From assembly GCA_037441475.1 (NCBI GenBank), contig JBBISB010000002.1, positions 60,001 through 92,000 of the forward strand: a stretch of 32,000 nucleotides of DNA, given 5' to 3'. Under the pieces are notes generated by a model. It did not search any database. It saw only the letters and a program-made list of their open reading frames with translations, and was not told where the DNA came from. Positions 11,095 through 19,100 of this stretch are shown here, one piece after another. The position numbers and the translations under genes were made by a program. The number at the start of each line of letters is the position of its first letter. The first letter of the stretch is position 1. The stretch is from Candidatus Iainarchaeum sp. (GTDB taxonomy: Archaea; Iainarchaeota; Iainarchaeia; Iainarchaeales; CSSED10-239).

Positions 11095-11872
11095 CTAAGA
11101 ATAACTTTACCCTCTCAATAACCAAATAATTACTAGGCAGTTTTTCAAAAATATTTTTTTTTATACTCATTAAATCTGCTTTAAAACCTCTTTTTTCAAA
11201 AGCATTCTGAATAGATGTTATCTTTGGAGGAAGAGTATATTCAATACCAAAGATTCCCACACCACCTTTGTTTAAAGCATAACAATATTTAAGTAAAACT
11301 TCTTTTTGTAATTCTGGAATAGTATACTCAAAACCACCAAAAACAGAAATAATCAGATCATATTTTTTTGTAGGCAAAAAATTAGCGACATTTCCTCTTT
11401 TTATTTCATCAATATTTTTTGAAATAATTGTTTTTGAACTTAATGTAACTGCAGTAGTTTTTAAAGAAGCCTTAACTTTTCCTTCTTTTTTTAGTGCATT
11501 CCATTTTTCTTTAAGTTCAGCTAAAAAATAACCTTTTCCTGCACCATCATCTAATAAACTTATTTTCTTCTTTTTGTGCCTATATGCCATTACTCTTAAA
11601 GTATGTACTACATCTCTTTTTAAAATTTTATGAGAAGAAAATAATCTATTAAAAATAGTATTATAACTTGCATAATTTCTATCAAGAACATACCCTGAAG
11701 TCCTGTTCTTTGAACGATTATAAGCTTCTTGCTCAAAATAAGAATATCTTATTTTATCTTGTTTTAATTTTTTTTTAATAAGTTCTTTTTGTAAAGCAAC
11801 CATGCCGTTTGGTTTTTCTTTAGATGAATTTACGTTAAAAAAATTACTTACTTTAGAAAATAATTTTTTCAT
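11087..11872 (-). CDS. Class I SAM-dependent methyltransferase-like protein, tandem paralogue 1
   Basis: LLDDGAGKG, YDLIISVFGG and LNKGGVGIF. It shares NGMV.LQK.L and LKTTAV.L blocks with 10279..11094. Its stop overlaps the next gene's start by 8 nt. Confidence 0.6.
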   Translation of the reverse strand: MKKLFSKVSNFFNVNSSKEKPNGMVALQKELIKKKLKQDKIRYSYFEQEAYNRSKNRTSGYVLDRNYASYNTIFNRLFSSHKILKRDVVHTLRVMAYRHKKKKISLLDDGAGKGYFLAELKEKWNALKKEGKVKASLKTTAVTLSSKTIISKNIDEIKRGNVANFLPTKKYDLIISVFGGFEYTIPELQKEVLLKYCYALNKGGVGIFGIEYTLPPKITSIQNAFEKRGFKADLMSIKKNIFEKLPSNYLVIERVKLFLDG

Positions 11873-11898
11873 ATTTTAAAATCCCCTATACAAAATAA

Positions 11899-12681
11899 TT
11901 ATTCTCCACCAAATATATTTGCCATAGCATCATAGCTTGCTCTAAACCTTGAATAAAGTTCATTAAAGTTATTTAGCATAGTTGCATTCAATCTTCCTTC
12001 AATACCAGAAACAGAATCGTTTAAAGAAATATTAAAATCTTGAACTTCTTGATTTAAGTTATATATTTCAGTCATAACATTGTTATCAATGTATGTTTGG
12101 ATACCATAAACCCTCATGTCAACAGAATTAATCTGTGCCCTTACATTTGCATCCAAGGCATTTATCTTAGCAACTAAATCATCATACTGTGCTCTCTGTG
12201 ATTGAGACATTTCAACAATTAAGTTAAGACCAGGAGAAACATGGAAGGAATAAGAGATGTTTAAGGTTCTTGGAGTATTGTTTCTTACAACAGTACATCT
12301 TATATGCTCTTCATATATACCAGGAGTTTGAGGGGTTATAAAGGCATGATAGTAGTTACCAGGAATTGTGGTTGGAATCATTGGAACATCTATTAAAAAG
12401 AAAGACTTATCAGGGAAAAGAAGAGAAAGAATACAGTTTGCATCTGTAATAGGCACACTTCTTGAATCTTCTAAACGAACAATTACTTGTCCTTGCTCAC
12501 CAGAGATATACTCTGTTCCAGATACCATTCTAATACCAGGTTCTGCAGTTTTTTCTCTTATAAAGAATATTAAAAAAATAATTAAGCCAATAACTAATAA
12601 AGCTATGACTATGTAAAGGATAGTTCTTTTATTTAAACTAGAAAATGAACTAAAATTATGATGTCTGAAACCTTTTTCCAT
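11899..12681 (-). CDS. N-anchored surface protein, short paralogue of the 746-aa repeat protein
   Basis: TM segment ILYIVIALLVIGLIIFLIFFI. The following globular module aligns with the large protein (VIVRLED..C...L.FPDK..F....PM.P..I.GN.Y....G.YE...C....S.SFH..P.L). An N/Q/L-rich helical tail follows. Confidence 0.6.
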   Translation of the reverse strand: MEKGFRHHNFSSFSSLNKRTILYIVIALLVIGLIIFLIFFIREKTAEPGIRMVSGTEYISGEQGQVIVRLEDSRSVPITDANCILSLLFPDKSFFLIDVPMIPTTIPGNYYHAFITPQTPGIYEEHIRCTVVRNNTPRTLNISYSFHVSPGLNLIVEMSQSQRAQYDDLVAKINALDANVRAQINSVDMRVYGIQTYIDNNVMTEIYNLNQEVQDFNISLNDSVSGIEGRLNATMLNNFNELYSRFRASYDAMANIFGGE

Positions 12682-12699
12682 TGTTTTACTCTTTTTTAT

Positions 12700-12746
12700 T
12701 TTTTTATAAAAAAATAAAAGAAAGCTTCTTTCTTTTAAAGAAAGAA
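12700..12746 (-). terminator. Hairpin plus T-run between the two surface-protein paralogues
   Basis: A 7-bp stem (12726-12732 ttctttc with 12740-12746 gaaagaa) encloses a 7-nt loop. On the minus strand it is followed by gctttcttttattttttt. It may act as a partial terminator or attenuator. Confidence 0.25.
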
Positions 12747-12771
12747 ACTTGTTATAACATTTTTAAAAAAT

Positions 12772-15012
12772 CTAAGAAATTATTCTTATATGTATTTCAG
12801 ATTCTTGATTTTCTAAAATCTTGTGAACAGTTGCATTGATGTCTGTTGTTTGTGCTTTAATGATACCAATATCTGTTAAAAGAGAATCAATCTTTGTTGT
12901 TATATCTCCACTTAAAAGATTCCATGTGTTAAGTGTAGTTTGATTAATTTCTTCTATCTTTTGTGCATGTGTTGTATCCATAATAGCTACTGCTGTCTTA
13001 ATGTTGTATACTTCTTGACATAATGGGCTATTATTTGTATCTTGATTTCCACAAAAGTTTTCAACTAATGCAAGGTTGTTATCAACAGATGTAAATCTAT
13101 TTCTGATCTCTTGCATGTCTTCTTGGTTAATTGCATTTGAAACAAGCCATGTGGTGTCTGCTTTAACAGCATCTAACTGTGAAGTTAAGTTAGCTAAAAG
13201 TTCATCCATTTGAACATCTATGTTTCCAATAACTAAACTTGTAATTAAGTTAGATAATGACTCATTAACATCTGTTATCTGTGTTTGGATAGTTTGACCT
13301 GTTGAAACTATTGTTCCGTTTACAGAAACCTCTAAGTTATTAAGTCTTGAAGCTAAAAACTCATTTGAATCCATGAAGCTTTGTGCAATCAATGCATTTG
13401 TGTTATTAAATTGATTTGTAATCTCACTTGCTAAATTAACATTAACAGTGTTTAAAAGATTTGTTAAAGAGGTTGTAGAGGTATTGATTTTTGTATTAAT
13501 TGATTCTCCAGTCTCTGTAACTGTTGCTGTTAATGATAAACTAACATTTGTAAGTTGAGATGAAAGTTCAGCAAATTTCAAATCTATTTTGGTTGAAAGA
13601 TCATTGTTAACTGTGTTTAAAAGATTTGTTAAAGAGGTGGTGGAAGCAGTGATGTTTGTATTAATCTCTTCTCCTGTCTCTTCTAATTTAGCATTTAAAT
13701 TAAGTTCTAAGTTTGTTAAAACACCAAATAACTCTTCAAACTTAAGATCTATTTTACTTGAAAGATCATTGTTAACTGTGTTTAAAAGATTTGTTAAAGA
13801 GGTAGTAGAAGAAGTGATGTTTGTATTAATCTCTTCTCCTGTTTCTTCAAGTTTAGCATTTAAACTTATATTAACATTTGATAAGTTTGTTTGAGAGGTG
13901 TTAAAGTCAGATGCAAGTTGACTTAATAAATCAGCATTAACTGTATTTAAAAGGTTTGTTAAGTTTGTTGTAGAGGTTGTAATATTTGTATTTATTGTCT
14001 CTCCAGTAGAAATAACAGTACCTGTTAAGTTAAGGCTTACATCATTTAAGTTTGCTGAAACTGCATTGAAATCTGTTTGAAGTTGATCTAAGATACTAGC
14101 ATTTACAGAACCTAAAAGATTTGTTAAGTTTGTGTTTGTGTTTGTTATATTTGTATTAATTGTTTCTCCTGTTGTTAAAACAGTAGCTGTTAAGTTTAAA
14201 CTTACATCATTTAAATTTGCATTTAAAGAATTAAAGTCAGTTGATAATTGATTTAAAAGACCGTTATTAATGTTTGTTAAAAGACCAGATAAGTTTGTAT
14301 TAACATTTGTTAAACTTGTCTGTATTGCTTCTCCAGTTGCTGCAACTGTTCCTGTAACAGAAACATTAACATTTGTTAAGTCTGTCTGAAGTGTTGAAAC
14401 ACCTTCTTGTAATTGAGAAGAAAGTCTTCCATTAACATCGTTTAATAAATCGTTTAAAGAAGTATTCATGTTTGTTATATTTGTTGTAATTGTCTCACCA
14501 GTAGATGCAAGTTGACCTGTAACTGTAACATTAACATCTGCAAGTTTTAAGTCTAAGTTATCAGACTTGTTTGTTAAAACACTTATTTGTTCAAGTGCTG
14601 GATTTAAGTGGAAGGATTGTGAACTTTTAACCTCATTTGCCCCTCTTTTACAAGTTACTTCTTGTTCATAAGTTCCAAGAGGGGCTGATCCTAAATAATC
14701 TGTTCTATACCAGTTACCTGCTATGTTAGAAGGTGCCATTGGCTGGTTGTTTACAAAAACAGTTTTGTCTGGGTAAAGAATTGTTACTTTACATTCATCT
14801 ATAGGGTATGGATTTCCCTTATAATCAGATAATCTTACAATAGTTGAACCATAATCATCTCTCCAGTATTCAGTGTGGGATACCCAAGAGAAGATTATTT
14901 CATTATCAACAACTGTTTTTCCATTAACATACGCTGTTGCTAAAAAAGCAATACCTATGAGAAGAATTCCTAGGACTGCTAATAATATTTTTGATTTTTT
15001 ATTTTTTAACAT
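12772..15012 (-). CDS. Large N-anchored, Asn/Thr/Leu-rich repeat (fibre-like) surface protein, no recognised family
   Basis: 746 aa. N-terminal anchor KILLAVLGILLIGIAFLA, a ~110-aa globular module, seven 55-aa tandem units plus one divergent unit, and a C-terminal region with a CGNQDTNNSPLC pair. I count about 27 N-X-S/T sequons. Confidence 0.7.
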   Translation of the reverse strand: MLKNKKSKILLAVLGILLIGIAFLATAYVNGKTVVDNEIIFSWVSHTEYWRDDYGSTIVRLSDYKGNPYPIDECKVTILYPDKTVFVNNQPMAPSNIAGNWYRTDYLGSAPLGTYEQEVTCKRGANEVKSSQSFHLNPALEQISVLTNKSDNLDLKLADVNVTVTGQLASTGETITTNITNMNTSLNDLLNDVNGRLSSQLQEGVSTLQTDLTNVNVSVTGTVAATGEAIQTSLTNVNTNLSGLLTNINNGLLNQLSTDFNSLNANLNDVSLNLTATVLTTGETINTNITNTNTNLTNLLGSVNASILDQLQTDFNAVSANLNDVSLNLTGTVISTGETINTNITTSTTNLTNLLNTVNADLLSQLASDFNTSQTNLSNVNISLNAKLEETGEEINTNITSSTTSLTNLLNTVNNDLSSKIDLKFEELFGVLTNLELNLNAKLEETGEEINTNITASTTSLTNLLNTVNNDLSTKIDLKFAELSSQLTNVSLSLTATVTETGESINTKINTSTTSLTNLLNTVNVNLASEITNQFNNTNALIAQSFMDSNEFLASRLNNLEVSVNGTIVSTGQTIQTQITDVNESLSNLITSLVIGNIDVQMDELLANLTSQLDAVKADTTWLVSNAINQEDMQEIRNRFTSVDNNLALVENFCGNQDTNNSPLCQEVYNIKTAVAIMDTTHAQKIEEINQTTLNTWNLLSGDITTKIDSLLTDIGIIKAQTTDINATVHKILENQESEIHIRIIS
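13390..14544 (-). repeat. Seven in-frame tandem 165-nt (55-codon) coding repeats inside the 746-aa ORF
   Basis: The T-G-E landmark recurs at residues 171, 226, 281, 336, 391, 446 and 501, an exact 55-aa spacing. Two adjacent units (~13590-13920) are nearly identical at DNA level, which the duplicated antisense ORF text ERSLLTVFKRFVKEVVE also shows. Boundaries are approximate. Confidence 0.85.
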
Positions 15013-15162
15013 AATTAATCTAACCTCACGTTTTTCTAAAAAATTTAATAAACAAGTAAGCAGTTATGTAGCTGTAAGATTATAACTTGTTTATAAAATT
15101 AAATATACTATTATATGTTGTATGTTATATTTATAAACATTTCCTTTTAAAAAAACTTTAAA

Positions 15163-15780
15163 TTAAGGCTTTAGGACTAAGAAAAACTTTCTTTTCTTTA
15201 AAGAATCAGAATTATAGATAAACATCTGAGAAGAAGAAAGCTCTCTTTTAAAGGAAGAAAAGATGGTTTGATAGACCTCTTCTGAGTCAGGGTAGAACTG
15301 TATTATTGAGAGGCCGTTTGGTTTTAGAAGCCTTTTAATCTCTTTTGCTATTTTTTTAATGATATTTTTAATCTCCATCTCAGATTTATTTGAAACAACC
15401 CATTGAAGAGCAGAGATTGAAAGAATAAGATCATATTTTTCATATATTTTTGATAAATCTTGAAAACCACCAAGCTTAACATCAAGTTTCTTGGATTTTG
15501 CTATCTTTATCATCTCTTTTGAAGGGTCAATACCTTTTAAAGAAAGAAAACCGTTTTCTTTTAAAAAATCTAAAGAAAACCCAGTTCCACAACCAACATC
15601 TAGAATGTCAATGGTTAAGTGGTTTGAGAGGGGAGAAGAGAGATCTAAAGCTATTTTTGTCATTTCCTCTTGTGTTTTTCTCATACCTGTGCTTTGGTTG
15701 TACCTGTTTGCTTCTTCTTCTGTATAAAAATCATTAGGGTTTGTGTAAACTTTCTCTGGAACCTCTGTGTTTAAAGACAT
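15163..15780 (-). CDS. Bud23/WBSCR22-like class I methyltransferase (small-subunit rRNA m7G MTase family)
   Basis: N-terminal PEKVYTNPNDFYTEEEANRYNQS resembles PE.FY.E.EA.KY of Bud23. Motif I is ILDVGCGTG. ISISALQWV, IQFYPDSEE and the C-terminal KKRKFFLVL match my memory of the human and yeast proteins. Confidence 0.7.
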   Translation of the reverse strand: MSLNTEVPEKVYTNPNDFYTEEEANRYNQSTGMRKTQEEMTKIALDLSSPLSNHLTIDILDVGCGTGFSLDFLKENGFLSLKGIDPSKEMIKIAKSKKLDVKLGGFQDLSKIYEKYDLILSISALQWVVSNKSEMEIKNIIKKIAKEIKRLLKPNGLSIIQFYPDSEEVYQTIFSSFKRELSSSQMFIYNSDSLKKRKFFLVLKP

Positions 15781-15793
15781 ATTAACAACTTCT

Positions 15794-16036
15794 TTATTTT
15801 ACATGCACAGTTCTTGTAGGGAAGGCAAACTCAATCTTTGATTTTTCAAATTCTTTTTTAATTGAAAGATTTATTTTATCTTTAACTATTAGATATTCCT
15901 TATAATCAAGAGCTCTTATCCAGTAGATGATTCTTATGTTTAAAGAAAAATCTCCAAAAGACTCAAAGACAACATGATAGCTATCTTTTTCTACATTTTC
16001 ATTTGTATTTAAAATATTAATTATTATTTTCTTACC
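15794..16036 (-). pseudogene. MscS C-terminal cytoplasmic domain, in frame with but cut off from the MscS ORF by a TAA at 16037-16039
   Basis: Directly after the TAA the same frame reads GKKIIINILNTNENVEKDSYHVVFESFGDFSLNIRIIYWIRALDYKEYLIVKDKINLSIKKEFEKSKIEFAFPTRTVHVK*. This is the typical MscS C-terminal alpha/beta domain pattern. It contains no Met and ends 14 nt before the next gene's start. Confidence 0.75.
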
Positions 16037-16861
16037 TTATTCTAATTTCTTAAGAGAAGTACTATAGATAACACCAATTGTGAAATTTTCTCTTTTTGCT
16101 CTTCTTGCAGAAATATTTTCAACAGCATTAAGAGAAAGGTTTCTGTTTGGAACAACAACTAAGGTGTTATCAAAGAATCTTATCTTTGTAGATCTTATAC
16201 CAATTTCTTCTACAGTTCCAAGACCATCTGAGGTTTTTAAAGTATCACCCATCTTAAATGGTTTTTCAACAAATATAACAATTCCTGATATAAAATTTTC
16301 TAAAATATCCTTAGAAGCTAAGGCAACTGCAAGACCACCAATACCAATACCTGCAAGCAAAGCACTTATATTAAATCCAAAGTTTGAGAGAACAACAAGA
16401 ATAGCTAGGATAAAAAATACAACTTTAACTAAGGATTTAAGTAAAGGTATTAATTGGTCATCATACTTTGATTCTGTTTTTTGTGTATGAGGTATTAGGT
16501 ACTCATCTATGATGTCTAAAAAAAACTTAATAATAAATAATGTGATTGCTAAGACATAAACAAAGAAAGAAGTGTTCTTAACAGCTGTTACCCACCATTC
16601 AGAAACAACTAAATATTTAAAACCAATGTTAAAGAAAATAGTCACAATTAATATCTTTAAAGGTAGAGGTTTTGATAGAATCTTAGAGATTATATCATCT
16701 ATCTTGTTTCTTGTATGCTTTGTTATTTTATTTAAAACATTTTTACTTATAAAAACAACAACTGCACTTACAACAAACCCTAAAAGAATAAAAAATATAA
16801 ACCACATGAAGTTTTTTAAGGGATTTTGTAGAAACACAAGATCAAGAATATTGAATAACAT
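16037..16861 (-). CDS. MscS-family small-conductance mechanosensitive channel (TM region plus beta domain), ORF ending at an internal TAA
   Basis: Several TM helices are followed by the conserved DILENFISGIVIFVEKPFKMGDTLK...GTVEEIGIRSTKIRFFDNTLVVVPN block. The ORF stops where homologues continue for about 80 more residues. Confidence 0.85.
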   Translation of the reverse strand: MLFNILDLVFLQNPLKNFMWFIFFILLGFVVSAVVVFISKNVLNKITKHTRNKIDDIISKILSKPLPLKILIVTIFFNIGFKYLVVSEWWVTAVKNTSFFVYVLAITLFIIKFFLDIIDEYLIPHTQKTESKYDDQLIPLLKSLVKVVFFILAILVVLSNFGFNISALLAGIGIGGLAVALASKDILENFISGIVIFVEKPFKMGDTLKTSDGLGTVEEIGIRSTKIRFFDNTLVVVPNRNLSLNAVENISARRAKRENFTIGVIYSTSLKKLE

Positions 16862-17034
16862 TTTAATAACACCTTCTAAAATTTTTATTTATAATACAAA
16901 AAAAATAAATATATAAATATATTATAAACCAAAATCTTTATATTTATATAGACATATAATATGTATGTAAAATTAACTTTAAGTTATTTACTTCTTTTTA
17001 TAAATAAATTACAATTAAATAAAAACGATTAAAC

Positions 17035-17745
17035 ATGATAGACAAACCAATAGTTGAACTTAAAAACGTCTCTAAGATATACAAGATGGGACTTGTTGAA
17101 GTAAAGGCAATAAACGATGTTTCCTTAAAAATATTTCCAAAAGAATTTGTTGCAATCATGGGAGCGTCTGGTTCTGGAAAATCAACAATGATGCATTTAA
17201 TTGGTGCACTTGATCTTCCTACAAAAGGAGAGCTTTCTATTCATAAGCATAAACTTTTAAGCTTTACAGAAGATGAACTTGCATCCTTAAGAGGAAAAAC
17301 CATTAGTTTTGTTTTTCAAGACTTTCATTTAATACCTACCCTTACAGCTTTTGAAAATGTTAGACTTCCTATACTCTTCCAAACAAACGAAGATGATGAA
17401 GAAACATACAACAGAAGATGTGAAGAACTTTTAGATGTTGTTGGTTTAAAAGATAGAATGGACCATAGGCCAGCTGAACTTTCAGGTGGTCAACAACAAA
17501 GAGTTGCAATTGCAAGAGCACTTGCAAATGATCCTGAAATTATTTTAGGAGATGAACCTACAGGAGCCCTTGACTCTAAGTCCTCTGCTGAGATTATTCA
17601 ACTTTTAAAAAAACTAAATAAATCTGGAAAAACAATAATCATTATTACACATGATATTAATGTTGCAAAAAATGCAAAAAGAATAATTACTTTAAAAGAT
17701 GGAAAAATAATTGAAGATAAAATAAACAAACAAGAAAACCCTTAA
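17035..17745 (+). CDS. ABC transporter ATP-binding protein, MacB/LolD-type
   Basis: Walker A GASGSGKST, signature LSGGQQQRVAIARAL, Walker B ILGDEPTGALD, H-loop ITHD. Confidence 0.92.
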   Translation: MIDKPIVELKNVSKIYKMGLVEVKAINDVSLKIFPKEFVAIMGASGSGKSTMMHLIGALDLPTKGELSIHKHKLLSFTEDELASLRGKTISFVFQDFHLIPTLTAFENVRLPILFQTNEDDEETYNRRCEELLDVVGLKDRMDHRPAELSGGQQQRVAIARALANDPEIILGDEPTGALDSKSSAEIIQLLKKLNKSGKTIIIITHDINVAKNAKRIITLKDGKIIEDKINKQENP

Positions 17746-17757
17746 GAAAAAGAAAAC

Positions 17758-18948
17758 ATGAAAAAACTAATTCCCTTTGTTATCTCAAACCTTAAAAGAA
17801 GGAAACTTAGAAGTTACTTAACAATCATAGGTATAATCGTAGGAGTTGTTGCTATCGTCTCTTTAATATCTTTGTCTGAAGGTCTTAAGAGTGGAGTTAG
17901 TCAAGAGTTTTCAAAAACAGGGGCACAGAAAATAACAGTTTCTTCAAAGTATGCACAAACCATACAAGGCTCCTCCTTTCCATTAACTGAAGATGAGGTT
18001 AAAGAGATTGAAAAACTGCCCTCCATTAACTTTGCAACCGGTTACCTTAATACCAGGGCCTCTATTGAGTTTAATAGAAGTAAAAAATTTGCAAGTGTTA
18101 GTGCATATGAAACAGATGTCTATAAAGAGATACTACTTCAAGAAGGAAAAGAAATATTTAGAGGAAAAATAATCACAGATGACAAGGCAAAAGAAATTGT
18201 TATTGGTTATGATTTGTTTAACAGTGATGAATTTTTTGGAAAAACAGTTAAGCTCGGAGATACAGTTGAAATATCAAACCAGAAATTTAAGGTGGTTGGA
18301 GTATTAAACGACTCTGGAAATAAGAATGCTGATAGAGCAATCTATATGTCAATGGATAACCTTAGAGAGATATCAAATATCAAAGATAAGGAAGTTGATG
18401 TTATTTATGCTGTTATTAAAGAAAATGCAGATATTGAAAAAACAGGGCTTGATATTGAAGCAAGACTTGAAAAATTTAGAAAAGTTGAAGACTTTGTTGT
18501 AACTACACCTGTTAAGGAAGCAGAGAGTAGAGAAGAAACATTAAAAGCAGTTTCAATTGTTGTGGTTGGAATTGCATCAATCTCTCTTTTGGTTGGAGGT
18601 ATTGGGATACTTAACTCCATGTACACCTCTGTTCTTGAAAGAAGAAGAGAGATTGGGATTATGAAGGCTATTGGTGCTAGAAGAGAGGATATCTTAAAAA
18701 TATTCTTAATTGAAGCAGGAATAATTGGTTTGATTGGTGGTATTATTGGCACCATAGGTGGTTTTTTAATAGCTTTTATAGTAAATACCATAGGAAAGTT
18801 TACAGGAACAGAAATATCAGCTTCCTTTGATCCAACCATTGTTTTAATTGCTCTTAGCTTTTCATTCTTGTTAGGCCTTTTAGCTGGTTTTCTTCCAGCA
18901 TACCAAGCATCTAAACAACAAGCAATTGATTCTTTAAGAGAGGAATAA
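17758..18948 (+). CDS. ABC transporter permease, FtsX/MacB-type
   Basis: An N-terminal TM, a large extracytoplasmic domain and three C-terminal TMs. Conserved LERRREIGIMKAIGARREDI segment. Confidence 0.85.
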   Translation: MKKLIPFVISNLKRRKLRSYLTIIGIIVGVVAIVSLISLSEGLKSGVSQEFSKTGAQKITVSSKYAQTIQGSSFPLTEDEVKEIEKLPSINFATGYLNTRASIEFNRSKKFASVSAYETDVYKEILLQEGKEIFRGKIITDDKAKEIVIGYDLFNSDEFFGKTVKLGDTVEISNQKFKVVGVLNDSGNKNADRAIYMSMDNLREISNIKDKEVDVIYAVIKENADIEKTGLDIEARLEKFRKVEDFVVTTPVKEAESREETLKAVSIVVVGIASISLLVGGIGILNSMYTSVLERRREIGIMKAIGARREDILKIFLIEAGIIGLIGGIIGTIGGFLIAFIVNTIGKFTGTEISASFDPTIVLIALSFSFLLGLLAGFLPAYQASKQQAIDSLREE

Positions 18949-18983
18949 AAAAAAATTATAATTTTAAAAGAAAAGGTGAAAAT

Positions 18984-19100
18984 ATGAACTTAAACAAAAT
19001 AATAATAGTTATTGCATTGTTAATGGTTATGATAATACCAGTTAATGCTGCAACAACAAACTATGACATCATAAACTTAAATGCAGATAGATACATATAA
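18984..19100 (+). pseudogene. 38-codon signal-peptide ORF, probably the detached 5' end of the 19081..20229 gene
   Basis: GGTGA (18975-18979) lies 4 nt before the ATG. The ORF reads MNLNKIIIVIALLMVMIIPVNAATTNYDIINLNADRYI*, a classic signal peptide. It overlaps the next ORF by 20 nt in a different frame. Confidence 0.55.

Noticed and set aside
13589-13894. Plus-strand 101-aa ORF with an internally duplicated peptide, and similar antisense ORFs (for example 16080..16490, 18405..18839, 10580..10882, 24663..25037)
   Set aside because: They mirror well-supported genes on the other strand. The duplication only reflects the 165-nt coding repeats of the 746-aa gene. There are no independent start or ribosome-binding signals.
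13590-13920. A near-identical repeat pair as a diversity-generating retroelement template/variable pair
   Set aside because: The differences between the two units are not restricted to adenine positions, and no reverse transcriptase gene is present in the window.
13390-14544. A 165-nt tandem repeat array as a possible CRISPR or satellite
   Set aside because: The repeats are contiguous with no unique spacers, they keep one open reading frame, and they vary mostly conservatively at the protein level. They are coding repeats.
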